A stretch of 64,000 nucleotides of DNA, taken from assembly GCF_963921235.1 (NCBI RefSeq), contig NC_086118.1, positions 27,034,001 through 27,098,000 of the forward strand, read 5' to 3'. Positions within the stretch are counted from its first letter, which is position 1; each line of letters opens with the position of its first letter. Source of the stretch: Mobula hypostoma (taxonomy: Eukaryota). Of this stretch, positions 1 to 13,359 are shown piece after piece. The position numbers were made by a program, and so were the translations under genes. The notes under the pieces were generated by a model that worked only from the letters and a program-made list of their open reading frames with translations, searched no databases and was not told the origin of the DNA.

Positions 1-329
1 AGGCTCCATATAAAATGCGGCAAAATCAGTTCCACACACGACTCTGGCCAACAGGTTTTTCCACCAACAGTTATCCAGCACTTCACTTCAAAGTAGCAGA
101 AACAGTGCATTTTCAATAATGATCACCGAGTTTTCACCAGAAAACTCCCAGTATAGTCTCTTTAAAAATGATGGTGTGCAGGGACAGGCTCCCGAAAATG
201 CTGCTAGCTTTAGATTCTTAGATAATATTTCAAAGTTTTTAGTGGGGGATTTCAGTGGCCTAAAGCTCTGTGAATACAGTGCCATTGAACCCTTAGACAA
301 AATTGCCTTTAGTTAGTTGGCAGCAGAGT

Positions 330-990
330 TAATGGCAATGCTCAAAGAAATAGGGATTCTACGGACACCAGACCTGGCAACAGTGACCTGGCTAACCGGC
401 TCATCTCGGAGGGAGCGGCAGACGCAGACGGTGTGAAGGGAAGCAGAAACGTGGCAAGAGAGAAGGAGCACTAGCAAGGCTGAGATCTACCCCGACCAGA
501 CTGGCAGTACCATCAGTTTTCCAAGCCAGCCTCTGCACCCTAGATAATAAATGGACTCACTGAGACTGAAAATGAATGCACAGAGAGAGATGAGAAACTG
601 CTGCAGTCTGGTTTTCACTGAAACGTGGTTAATCATGGCTGTCTCAGTGGTTCAACTTGATGTGATGACTCTGCTCTGTGCAGACAGGAACTCCCTTCAG
701 GGATATCCAGAGGAGATGAAATCTGTGTGTACATTAACAAAGGTTTGTCTGGGGAAATTGAGCATCTTACAATTATAAGCCTGCCACATTACCTGCTCAA
801 GGAGTTTACTGCTGTGTTCATTACTGCTCTCCACAGTCCCTGCGCATCACTGGGAGATGCCCTACAAAACAAGCATCTGGATGGTCTCTTCATAATTGTA
901 GGAGACTTCAATCATATTAATCTGCAAGACATTTTACTCCAATTCCACCAACATATCACCATGGCCACAAGGGAAACAAACAGACTGGAC
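330..990 (+). mobile_element. Rex1/Babar LINE fragment (APE endonuclease), decayed
   Basis: QREMRNCCSLVFTETWL, KEFTAVFITA, IIVGDFNH, TRETNRLDH. Confidence 0.8.
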
Positions 991-1029
991 CATGTGGTTT
1001 TTTTTTTAGCTTATTTATTGTTTTCTTCT

Positions 1030-2700
1030 TTCTATTTGCATGTTCCGAGCTGTGGGGATGCCAGCCAGGATAGTTGAATGTTCCTCATGGGGGATGTGGT
1101 AAGGCAGGGGGACCTCCAGTGTCTCTTTGCGGCTACAACTGCAAGAAGTATATTCAGCTGTAGCTTCTAACAATCTGCATTAGGGAGTTGGAGCTGGAAC
1201 TGGATGAACACCGGATCATTCAGGAGGCTGAGGGGGTGATAAACGGGACATATAGAGATGTAGTTACACCCAGTGTGCAGGGCACAAGAAACTGGGTGAC
1301 AGTAAGGAGGGTGAAAGGAGTCAAAACAGCCAGTGTAGCGAACCCCTGTGGCCATCCCCCTCAACACCAGGTATATTACTCTGGATTCTGTTGGGGGTGG
1401 GGCAGGGGGTATGATGGTATGTTGCCTCCTGGTTGCCAGGGTCTGGGACACCTCAGATTGAGTCCTCAGCATTCTTAGTTTGGAAGTCATGGTCCATGTA
1501 GGTACCAATGATATAGGTAGGAAGAGGGACGAGGTTTGGCAAGTGAGTTCAGAGATTTAGGTGCTAAGTTAAAGGACAGGACCTCCAATGTTGTGATCTC
1601 AGGATTGCTACCTGTGCCATGTGCTACTGAGGTCAGAATTAAGAAGATCATACAGTTTAACATATGGCTAAGGAGATGGTGTAGGAGGGAGGGCTTCAGA
1701 TTTTTGAATTATTGGCCTCTCTTCCAGGGAAGGTGGGACTTGTGTAGAAGAGATGGTCTGCACCTAAACCGGAAGGGTACCAATATCATAATGGGAAGGT
1801 TTGCTAATACTGCCCAGGGGTGGAGGGGGGGGGGAGGGGTGCAGGTTTAAACTGGAGCTGCAAGTGGATGGGAGCTAGAGTGTCAGAACAGATAGTGGAG
1901 TGAGTGGTTGTGGAGACAGATGTTGTTGAGACTTCAGACAAAGTCAGAAATCAAAAGGTTGAGCATAGTGGGACTAATGTTCTGCGTTACGTTTATTTCA
2001 ATGCAAGAAGTATTGTATTAAAGGCAGATGAGCTCAGGGTATGGATCAACTCTTGGAATTATGATATTGTATCCATTAGTGAGACTTGGTTGCGGGATGG
2101 GCAGAACTAGAAGTTCAATATTTGGGGCTTACGTTGTTTTAGATGTGATAGATTGGAAGGGATTAAAGGAGGAGGGGTGGCATTACTAATCAGGAAAAAT
2201 GTCACAGTGGTGCCCAGTTAGGACAGACTGGAGATCTTGTCCAGTGAGGCTTTATGGATGGAACTGAGAAATGGGTGGTCTGTAATATAATATAACAAGG
2301 TATGACCATGTTAATGGGGCTATATTACAGACCATCCATCGGTCCGTAGGATTTAAAGGAACAAATTTGTAAAGAGATCGTTGACTGTTGCAAGAAACAT
2401 AAAGTTGTTATAGTAGGGGATTTTAACTTTCCATATATTGACTGAGACTCCCATACGGTAAAGGCACTAGATGGGATAAAGTTTGCCAAATATGTTCAGG
2501 AAAGTTTTCCTTCATCAGTATATGGAAGGCCAGGTAAGTTTCAGATTAGTTAAAACATTTAAGAAGATACTTGGTCATGTGCTTAGACAGGGAAGGCATG
2601 GAGATATGGGTCTGAAGGAGACAAATGGAATTAAAGATACTGTAGATATTACAATTGGCTTCCGCCAATCAAAGAGCCTATTTCTATGGTGTGCAATTCA
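1030..2700 (+). mobile_element. CR1 LINE: ORF1 (SGNH esterase-like), start of ORF2 endonuclease and a decayed 3' tail
   Basis: VHVGTND, VVISGLLPVP, DGLHLN, YFNARSI..ETWL, GDFNFP. Confidence 0.88.
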
Positions 2701-2825
2701 GATGGAGTTAATCTCTTTCCCTTTCCTCCCCAGTTCAATCTATCTCACTTCCCATTTGGGTAATGGCATCTTCTTTGCAATTTGCTGATTGTTTTTAAAA
2801 CTCAGCCTATAGGATAATGTAATTA

Positions 2826-3890
2826 GTGGAAACATACAGAATTCACAACCACCGACATTGGGTTGGGGTTCACTTTAAGAGGCGTGCCTGACATGATGAG
2901 GTGATTATGTAAAGGATCTTTAGCGCACTTTGTGTTCAGTTTCTGGTGTTCAATGAATGAGTCGCTATGGCTTTTCTGAAACATAAAACACCCACGTGTG
3001 TAGACTGGACCCAAAAAAGCTGAGTTTGCCAATATGGAAAGACCTGTACGCTGGTCGAAAAGCCCCTGGGTCGTCTGATGGTGGTTACTGCCCATGTGAT
3101 GATTTCCAATGCCTTAATGAGGCCGTCATCACCAATTGTTACCTGGTCCCACCCATCCAGGACTTTTCAGCACATTTAGCTGGAAAGTTAATGTTTTCCA
3201 AAGTTGATCTCATTTGAGGCTACCGTCAGGTGCCGGTGTGCTCTGAGGACATTCCCAAAATGGCTGTGATAACCCCATGTCCATCTGCGCATGCCGTTTC
3301 AGTTGAAAAATGCAGTCAAGACTTTGCAATGGCTGATGGACTCTCTATTAAATGATATTTTCTTTGCTAACCTGGATGACATACTTGTTGCCAGTGCATC
3401 CAAATCTGAACACGTATCTTAATTTCTGCGCACTTTTTGAGTGCTTAAACCAACGTGGGTTGATTATTAACCCTGCTAAATTCCAGTTTTGGTTGTCAGT
3501 CATTGATTTTCTCACATCTCCACAGAAGGTGAGCAACCCCTCCAACCAAAAGTAGCCGTTATTATGGATTTCCCATTGTCCCGCACGACTAAAAAACTAC
3601 AGGAGTTTTTAGGCATGGTGAATTTCTGTCACCACTGCTGAACTAATGCTTCCCCTGAATAGTGCGCTTAAAGGCAATGCCCCTAAGCACTGGTTAGCGG
3701 ACAAGACCAAGGCATTTGATGACGCCAAACAAGCTCTTTCCAATGCGACCCTACTGGTGCACCTGCTCTCCAAATCACCTATAGCCTTTACTACTGACGC
3801 TTCAGACTACGCTGTAGGTACAGTTGGTCTGAGGTGCGTGGCAGCTGCTTGCTCTCTTCAGCTGGGAACTCCATCCCCCCAAGTCACTTC
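2826..3890 (+). mobile_element. Gypsy pol fragment (RT/RNase H), decayed
   Basis: RLDP.KL, YLVPPIQDFSAHLAGKLMFSKVDL, YLDD-like remnant, LQEFLGMVNF, TTDASDYAVG. Confidence 0.85.
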
Positions 3891-4014
3891 TCCCTCTTCT
3901 AGACCCCAGGGGCTCCATGCCAAGCCTGTCCAAATCTTTATTAAGGCAATTTAGTGTTGTAAACTGCTAAGATGTTTCCAACAAATTTACACCTTCCTTT
4001 GGTTAAGGAGGCTG

Positions 4015-4120
4015 CTACTAGGAGTCCTGACGAAGGGCCTCGGCCTGAAACGTGGACTGTACCTCTTCCTAGAGATGCTGCCTGGCCTGCTGCATTCACC
4101 AGCAACTTTGATGTGTGTTC
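4015..4120 (+). mobile_element. Penelope-like element terminal repeat fragment with hammerhead motif (4023-4058)
   Basis: AGTC-CTGACGA-AGGG-CCTCGG-CCT-GAAA-CGTG-GACT followed by GATGCTGCCTGGCCTGCTG; related copies recur in the window. Confidence 0.7.
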
Positions 4121-5174
4121 CTTAACCAATACAACTTTATAGCCATTTTATGGCCTCTTCACAACTATTGTCCTTCATTAGCAGTGGCAGCTATATTTCC
4201 TTTTTTATAAATCATAAAATGTTGGGCCCAAAACAAATCCTTATGGTACTTTATCCCTTTGATCTTGCCAGAGAGAGAAAAAAGGTGTACATTGCATGCT
4301 ACTTGAAAAGAAAATTCATCAAACCTAATTATTTTTCTGTAAATCAAATTGGCTTTACCTTAAACTCTTGATTTTATTCTGTACTTCTTTAACATCTCTA
4401 ATTATAGCTACGACAGATGAAAGCTAATGAACTGGTAATTTTGTTTTTTCATAAATGTAAGTTTTTTTAAAAAAACAACAGGGAGTTTTTAGTTTGAAAG
4501 TTCCAGATGGGAAAATGGAGTCATGCAGACCTAAACACCTGCCTTTGGTTAAAAATTATGCAGCGGACTGATCTTGTGTGATTATTATTGTTAAGCAAAG
4601 GACAAAGGAAGAGCAGCAGCAATCTTAATTACCCATAGATGAAAGATGATTGCACTTTAATCAATTCAAAATTATATTGCATGTGGTGACCTTTTAACAA
4701 TCTGTAAAATGGCTTAAATTATTAGTGTGTGGAATCGGTAAATCTCTATTTCAGAGTTTCCACACACTACTCATGATATGAGGCTGTTTCCTTTCTGCAA
4801 GGAGATAACACTGTCCATCTAAAACATGGGACTTACAGAAATCAAAATCCAAGAATTTTGGCTTGTTGCTAATCAATAAACCATGAAATTGAACAAAGCA
4901 TGAGAAAAAATTGTGATTCAAAAAGATCATTTTATTATCTGTGTATAAACGTCCTGATTCTGAGACCAAACAGGTGCAATTCAAAGCGATGCCTTACTCC
5001 ACAAATTTTCTTTGGTACACAGTATGCTTTATACAATTGTTAGTTTTTCACAAAAATCATCTGGATATAAAATGTACAGGTGGTATACATGAACTAAAAC
5101 CCAAGAAAAATAAAGTGCCTTAATAATTAATAACCAGTGGCTTAGACTTCGACCATTATGAAGTTTAGAGAGGT

Positions 5175-5750
5175 TGGTCACGTCACACGTCAGCTCTAGC
5201 CTCCCAGACAACCTCAATCCACTGCAATTGGCCCCCTGCTGAAAGACATCCACAATGGATATCATCTCATCTCTGTCTGGCCCTACATTCATCTCTGTAG
5301 CACCTGGACTGTGAAGATGCCTATGATTGTTGTTGTTTATTGACTACAGCTCTGCCTTCAAAATTATAATTTAAGCAAACTCATCTCCAAACTCCTAGAG
5401 TTGGAGCTCAACACATCCTTTTGCAACAGGAAGCATCGACTCACGATCGACAGACCACTATCAGTAAGGGTAGGCAGCAACACTGGAGCCACTCACTGTT
5501 GAGCCCTAAGATCCCTATCTCTACACACTACTGAATGCAATGCCAGAATCTGTTCCGACTCCATCTACAAACTTGCAAAGAATACCACCATGGTGGGCCA
5601 ATACATTAAAAAAAAGATGAATCAGAGTACAGGAATGAGATAGCCTAGTGGCATGTTGTCATGACAATAACCTGTCCCTTAATGCCAGCAAAACAAAAGA
5701 GCTGGTTGTGGATTTCAGGAAGGAAGGTGGTGTACACTTCCCAGTTCACA
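5175..5750 (+). mobile_element. Rex1/Babar RT fragment
   Basis: LNPLQ, LFIDYSSAF, NNLSLNASKTKELVVDFRK. Confidence 0.8.
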
Positions 5751-8411
5751 TTGAACAGATCACACGGGTAAACCATGGCTATGTTCTGCAGTCTGCATAC
5801 AATACTTCCAAATATACCTCTTCTGAATTACTCTCACTGCAATCTGCAGCATGCAATTTCCCTTTAAGCAATGTAGTTCTAAATCATCTTAATGAACTGC
5901 AGATTTCACAATCTTCTGAAGGTCTCGGTGGACATAGTGAGGCAGGAGGAGGGGACTCAAGCCAGGCTGAAACACAGAGGAATGAGACGAACAAAATTGA
6001 GGACATAAGGGTAAGATTGCTGTATCGCAGGGAAATGAGAAATTTTTGTCTTCTATGTTTGAACGAGACATGCCTTATTCCCAGCGTGCCACATACAGTG
6101 ATTAGATCCGACGGCTTCTCAATTCACAGGGTGGACCGTACTGCTGATTTGGAAAAGGCAAAAGTGGTGCTCCAATGTGGCGGTTTTGTCGAACTCATGC
6201 TCCCCCGATTTTGAACACCTAACAATCGAATGCCTTACATTCTATTTATCTAGGGAGTTCACCTCCGTATCTTCACCAGAGTTTGCATGCCACCAGCAGC
6301 CAACTATAATCAAGCACTTGAGATACTATATACAAGTATCTTGAGATATACCTTGCCATCTTCAAACAAGAAACAGCCCATCCTGATGCATTTCAAATTA
6401 TATTCAAGGACTTCATCCAGGCCTGTTTGAAGAAGTCCCTGCCCAATTACCATCAGCATATAACCTGTTGCGCCATTGGTCCTAACATATGAGACTACTG
6501 CTATACTAACATAAAGAATGCCCCTACCATTCCATGCCCAGACTGAATTTCGGAAATCTGATCACTTGACTGTCTTTCTCCTAGCTGCATACAGGCAAAG
6601 GTTAAAGGGCAAAGCTGCAGAGATTAGTTTAAGGATGTGGTCGCGTGAGGCAGAAGAGCGGCTATGGGATTGCTTCGAGTCAGTGGATTGGGCCATGTTC
6701 AAGGACTTATCTGCGGATCTAACTGAATAACCATGGTTATCATGGACTTTATAAAAATAGTTGTAGATAAGTGTGCCCTCACAATATCATTCAAAGTCTT
6801 CCCCCAACCAGAAGCCTTAGATGACTAATGAGATCCGCAGTCTGCTGTGGGCAAGATCAGAGGCAGTCAACAGAGTGACCAAGAAAGTTACAAGAGGTCC
6901 AGGTACAGTCTCCAGAAATCTGTGGAATTCATTGCCACAAGTGGCTGTGGAGGCCAAGTCATTGGCAAAGATTGACAGATTCTTGATTAGTCAGGGCATG
7001 AAGGGATTCGGGGGAATCCAGAAAACTGAGGCTGAGAGGGAAAATAGATAAGCCATGATGAAATGGTGGAGCAGACTCGATGGGCAAAATGGTCTAAATG
7101 GCGAAATGGTCTAAACCATCTCACGAGTGAAGTGGCAATTCCAGACTAAACTTGAGACAATGAAGGATGCTCGACAGTTGTGGCAGGTCCTGAACGTTAT
7201 CACCTCTTTTGTACAGTAAAATCAAGCAAAATAAGCAACAAGGGTTCACTTCCAAATGAATGCAATGCCACCTATGCTCACTTTGACCATCAAACCATGG
7301 ACAACCATCACAAACTCCCACAGCCCCCGCTGATCCTGTGATTTCAGTCTCTGAGGCTGACGTGTGAGCAGCCCTCAGGAGGGTGAACCCACGTAAAGCA
7401 TCCGGTCCAGATGGGGTACCTGGGCAAGTACTAAAGACCTGCGCTGATCAACTAGCTGGAATGTACACTGAGATCTTTAACCATTCCCTTCAGCAGTCTG
7501 AGATACCCACCTGCTTCAGGCAGGCTTCAATTTTACCTGTGCCCATGAAGGGCATGGTAACTCGCCTTAATGATTATAATCCAGTAGCACTTACAGACAC
7601 AGTGATGAAATATTTTGAGAGGTCAATGATGAAACGTATCAACACCCGCCTGAGAAGCCACTTGGATCTGCTCCAATTTGCCTACTGGTGCAACAGGTCT
7701 ACACCAGATGCCATCTCATTGGCTTTTCACTCAACCCTGGAACATCTTGACAACAAAGATATATACAACAGAATGCTCTTTATCGACTACAGCTTGGTAT
7801 TCAGCAACATTATCCTTCAAAACTAATCAATAAGCTTCAAGGCCTTTGCCTGAATATCTCCTTGTGCAATTGGATCCTCAATTTCCTCACTTCTGTCAGT
7901 ATGGATGGCAACAGCACCTCCTCCACAATCTCCATCAGCACAGGTGCACCACAAGGTTGTGTGCTTAGTCCTCTGCTCTACTCGCTTTACAGTTAAGACT
8001 GTGAGGTTAAGCACAGCTCCAATGCCATATTCAAGTTTGCAAATGACACCACTGTGATAGGCTGAATCAAAGGTGGTGACAAATCAGCATATAGGAGGCA
8101 GACTGAAAATCTGGCTGGGTGGTGCCACAGCAGCAACCTCTCACTCAATGTCATCAAGAGCTGATTGTTGACTTCAGGAGGAGGAAACTGGTGGTCCATA
8201 AGCCAGTGCTTATGGGGAGGATCAGAGGTGGAGAGTGTCATTTGGAAGTTTGTCTCCTCATTCTGATACCCTTTCAAGTTTTGGGTGTCAATATCTCTGA
8301 GAAACTATCCTGGACTCAACATATTGATGCAACTACAAAGAAGTGGCTGTATTTCATCAGGAATTTGAGGAGATTTAGTTTGTTACCATAGCCACTCGCA
8401 AATATCTACAG

Positions 8412-9778
8412 CAGATGTCCCCAACCTTTTTTGCACCGCGGACTGGTTTAATATTGACAATATTTTTGCAGACCGGCCAACTGGGGGGGGCGGGGGCTAG
8501 GGTTGCCAACGGACAAGAGTAGCAGTCAAATACGGGACACTTGTGTTTACCCCAAGAAAGACTACTATGACCATGAAACCTTGCGCGGGCACCTGTGTGC
8601 GCATGCCTGTACATGCCGATTTTTTCTACAAATCGTTTTTGGTGATTCTGTTCAGTGAAACTACACTGTACATATATTATTTCTACTTTATATAGGCTGT
8701 GTATTTATCATATCATTCCCCCTTTTACTATATGTAAGTGTTATTTTAGGTTTTATATGTTATTTGGTATGATTTAGTAGGTTATTTTTTGGGTCTGGGA
8801 ACGCTCAAAACTTTTTCCCATATAAATTAGTGGTAATTGCTTCTTGGCTTTATGCCATTTCGGCATGAAAGGTTTCATAGGAACGCTCTACCTTAGCGGG
8901 GACAATACGGGACAAGGGCGGTCCCGTATGGGACAAACCAAATTAGCCCAATATACGAGATGTCCCAGCTAATATGGGACAGTTGGCAACCCTAGTGGGG
9001 GGGGAGGTGTTAATCACGACTGGAATATGGGTGATTAATCAACTATAAGTCACTTATAAGCGGCTAACACACTAAATTTCATTTCTAAAAGGGTTTATCT
9101 AACGAATTTAATATTAAACACCGCATATTTTCCTCGCATGAATATAGTGATAAGTCAATTATCAGTCACTTATAAGTCAATAGCATCATAACATTTTAAG
9201 TAACGTTTGGATATTAAACACACAGCACATATTTTCCTTGTATGAACATATAAAATCATTGCAACACACCAATATCGCTGAATCAGTGGGAACCTTGGGC
9301 TTGTTTTCTTGCAACAAGACTGTCCCATCGAGGGGTGATGGGAGACAGCGATACTCGAAGGGGGTTCCTTATGTCCGGTCTATTCCGCAATTTCGTTTTC
9401 GTTGCATTCATTGCAGAAAACCCCGCTTCGCAGAGATATATTGGAAATGGGAGCATCGTTTTCAGTGCTTTCGTGGCTACCTCAGGATATTCAGCCTTGA
9501 CTTTGATCCAGAATGCCGGCAGAGATGTTATGTCAAACATACTTTTCAGCCCGCCGTTGTTTGCAAGCTCGAGGAGTTGATCTTCTTCCCACGCTGACGT
9601 GGATGACGCGTGCGTAATGACCTCGTGTATGTATGTTCAAGTTCAACAGTAGGCACGACAGGGAATGAGAATAGGTGCAGCTGACTCATATCGTCAAATC
9701 ATATTGTTTCCTCGCGGCCTGGTAGCACATGCTTTGAAGCCCGGTACCGGTTCGTGGCCCGGTGGTTGGGGATCACTG
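8412..9778 (-). mobile_element. hAT (Charlie/Buster-like) internally deleted DNA transposon
   Basis: TIRs CAGATGTCCCCAACC / GGTTGGGGATCACTG. Perfect 8-bp TSD ATCTACAG (8404-8411, 9779-9786). Transposase C-terminal dimerisation domain FW...YP...LCEAGFS...QAQGSH at 9283-9540. Confidence 0.92.
8498..8994. mobile_element. hAT Blackjack-like MITE nested in the Charlie-like element
   Basis: Perfect 13-bp TIRs TAGGGTTGCCAAC / GTTGGCAACCCTA; subterminal AATACGGGACA-type motifs; degenerate 8-bp TSD GCGGGGGC / GTGGGGGG. Confidence 0.75.
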
Positions 9779-10699
9779 ATCTACAGATTTACTGTGGAGA
9801 GCATTCTAACTGGCTGCATCACCATCTGGTGGGGGGGGTGGGGGGGTTTGGAGAGTGGCTATTGCACAAGATCGAAATGAGCCGCAGAGAGCTGTAAACT
9901 TAGTCAGCTCCATCATGGGCACTAGCCTCCGTAGTATCCAGGAGATCTTCAAGGATCAAAGCCTCAGAAAGGCAGCGTCCATCATTAAGGACCCCCATCA
10001 CCCAGGTCATGCCTTGCTTTCATTGCTATCATCGGGAAGGAGGTATAAAAGCCTGAAGGTACATACTCAATGATTCAGGAACACTTTCTTCTGCTCTGCC
10101 ATCCTAGTTCTGAAACAGACATTGTACCAATGAACACTACCTCTACTTTTTTATTTCTATCTTTGCACTACTTTATTTAATTTACTATTATACACGCACA
10201 CACACATATATATATATGTATATGCACACACACACACATATATATACAGTATATATGCACCTACTGTAATTCATAATTTTTCTATGCAATGTATTGCATT
10301 GTAGTGCTACCACAAAAACAACAAATTTCACAACATATGCCGGTGATATTAAACTTGATTCTGATTCTGACTCCTGATAGGCAGTCTTCTTCCAACCACA
10401 TAGACAGATGACCAAGACAGCACACCAGTGCTTCTACTATCTCAGAAGTCTAAAGAAATTTGCATGACCCCTTTAACTCTCACCAAATTTTATTGATGCA
10501 CCATAGAAAGCTGGATGCATCATGGCTTGGTATGCAACCATTCTGCCAAGACCGTAAGGAACTGTGGAGACTGAGATTGCGGAGACAGATGCTTGTGGTG
10601 TTTTAAGCACCAGATTTAAAACAAAAAAAAACAAGCAGGGCCTTCTAAGATTTTTGATGTAAATTGAGATTGTTTGGGTTAGTAGGTTAAAGTTAGGAT

Positions 10700-11590
10700 T
10701 AACTACAGCACCCATTGTAAGAGTGGCCATTGTAGGAGTGGGCAAGGTTAGAGTGCAAAACTTGAGGCTTTAGCTCAAGATGTTTCAGTGTTAAGAGGCA
10801 GAGGGTAGGTTGAGGTTTCTGTCAACTTAATTTTTCTTTTTCTATTAGTGTTTAGCTAGAGTAGTGCGAATGGATCCCAGGTCAGTGGTGTGCTCCTCAT
10901 TGAAGATGTGGGAGATAGGAGACTTCCTGGGAAAGGTATGACCTGTACAAAAGCGACACATTATACCTGAATTCAAGGGGGGGGACAACATTCTTGTGGG
11001 CAGGTTTGCTAGATCCGTTGGGGAGGGTTTAAATATTTTGGCGGGGGGATCGGAACATAGTGATTAGTCGGAGGATGGAGCTGTTGGTGCAAAGGTAAGT
11101 GTAGAGGAACGTTGAGGAAGTATAAGAAGTGGAGAAGGCATACTAGCAGTCAGTTGGATGGGTTGAAATGCAAAAAAGTATCAGGAACAAGGGTGATGAA
11201 CTTAGATCATGGATCAGAACAAGGAACAGTGATGCTCTAGCCATTACAGACTTGGCTGTCACAAGGGCAGGGATGGCTGCTGGATGTTCCCAGGTTTTGA
11301 TGTTTCAAAAGACATAGGGAGGTAATTAAAAGAAGTGGAGGTGTGGCATTGCTTATCGGGGATAGTATCATAGATGCAGCAATGGAGTACATTGTGAAGG
11401 GATTGTCGACTGAGTAGAGAACAATCACTTTATTGGGAACTCACCCCCCCCCCCACCTCGACAATAGCAACAGACACTGAGATGCAGATCAGGAGGTAGA
11501 TTTTGGAGAGATCAAAAATTACACGTTGTTGTCATAGGTGACATCAACTTCCCTAATATTGATTGGCACCACCTCAGTGCAAATTTTATA
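10700..11590 (+). mobile_element. CR1 5' region and endonuclease fragment, decayed
   Basis: Similar to the CR1 copies at 1030-2535 and 27723 (GGVALL, GD.NFPNIDW). Confidence 0.75.
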
Positions 11591-12596
11591 CAACTTTGCA
11601 TAGTTATAATAATTGTGGAGATGAGATAGATAAATAATCTTGCTTCATCGGTGGACTTCCTTACTGTATAATTTGTCGTTGTTTAATTTCACTTTGCATA
11701 TGATTAATATTTTATTTTTAAACCTACATTGTTACATAGGTGAGGGGTATTAGTTTTAATACACCCACAGCTGAACTTGATCTAGACTTTAATTTTAGGA
11801 CTGTTTGTTCCTAATTTTGGACACATGTGAGGGGTATTAGTTCTAAATAATAACATCTTTGTTCATTTATGGGCACTAAAATGTCTTTATAATTTACTAC
11901 AATTGCACTGGACACCAGTCTCCCTTCACTTGGATTATTGTGTTCAGTATTGTGCACTTAATCTTCAGGAAAATCTACTGGCCTTAGAGAAAACTAACTC
12001 ATTCTGTAATGGACCTGGTTGCCTCTGATAAGAAACAAGACAATCTTGGATTATATTCTCTAGAGGAGAGTTCTGTTGAAGGTCATTGAAGGCAGACAGA
12101 ACAATTTCCCTCTTGGTACAGAATTAGGAACAAACAGTCATGAGAATGCAGGTCAAACTTAGCTGTGGGTGAACTCATTGCCTCCGAAACAGAAGAGATC
12201 ATGTCAGTGCTCAGTACAATTTATGAGACCTGCATTAACATAGAACAAACTGAAATATTGTATTTATGCAGGGAAAAGGGATCTTTGGGAAAAAAATCCG
12301 AGTGGGTATGATTATATTAGATGAATAGTTAAATACACCAGGTTTGATGGTCCCACCAAGTGTATTGGCTGGCTTATTAAGTGTCTTTCTTGTAATGATC
12401 ACATCTTCATGTCCTGTTGGAACTGAAAGAAACTTACTTTCATTGAAAGGGTAAATGCCATCATTAAAACGTCAGTCACAAAGATGAAGTATCCAACGCA
12501 AGCTATTTCTGTTAAAATGCTGTTAGACTTCAAGTGATTTTACATGGTATGGTTTGATGCTATGTTACATCAAAGGCACTTTCAGTTGTTAGTTTG

Positions 12597-12830
12597 ACCA
12601 TAAGATCATAAGGCTATAATATATAGGAGCAGAATTAGGCCATTTGGCCCATCGTCTTCATTATGGCCGATTCATTTTCCCTCTTAGCCCCAATCTCCTG
12701 CCTCTCCCCGTATCCATTCATGCCCTGACCAGTCAAGAATCTATCAACCTGTGTGTTCAATATGCATAAAGACATAGCCTCCACAGCTGCCTGTGGCAAT
12801 GAATTCCACAGATGCATGACTCTCTGGTTT
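12597..12830 (-). mobile_element. CR1 3' end fragment
   Basis: NQRVMHLWNSLP..AVEA; CR1-type 3' UTR and short repeat tail. Confidence 0.85.
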
Positions 12831-13359
12831 GAGATGGAGGAAAGGTTATGCAATTGATGGTCAAACAATGACTCTCATTTCAGTATGTGTCAACAGATTT
12901 TGAATGAAGAGTCTGGTTAACATTCCCATTCAAAAAAAATCTATTTTGAGTCAAGTGTCAAGGGATGATGATGACCCTCTGAATATTAATCCACCACTGA
13001 ACAGTGTCTTCTACCATTTCTTTATTTAATTGCTTTCTATGGGTCCCCATTGTGGATTGTGGCAGTGAGGGTAAGGTGTGAGAGTGCATGATAGTCATTG
13101 TAATTTCAAGAGAATTATGTATTGTGAAATGCAAATATAGAAGTAAGAGAGTACAAAAAAGAATAAATATACCTACTGTTCTTGCAAATTAAAGGGAGAA
13201 TATGGACTTGACCCATTTTCAGCCATTTCCTCACTTCCTAACAAAATGATAAATTCACAGACTATACTGTCAATCAAGATCTCTTTCCATTAGATAGAAA
13301 AAACAACTGTAATGAAAACCTTTCAATGTGTAGCTTTTCTTTTTATTTCTTATATACCA

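Larger units (their letters stand above)
5915..10370 (+). mobile_element. Near full-length decayed Rex1/Babar LINE, interrupted by a CR1 3' fragment (about 6915-7120) and the hAT element
   Basis: Endonuclease (REMRNFCLLCLNET, SDH); RT ([38 protein letters not shown]); C-terminus KDPHHPGH..SGRRY; (GATTCT)n tail. Confidence 0.9.

Noticed and set aside
9283..9540. Domesticated ZBED/SCAND3-type host gene
   Set aside because: Only the C-terminal fragment is present and it lies between TIRs with a TSD.
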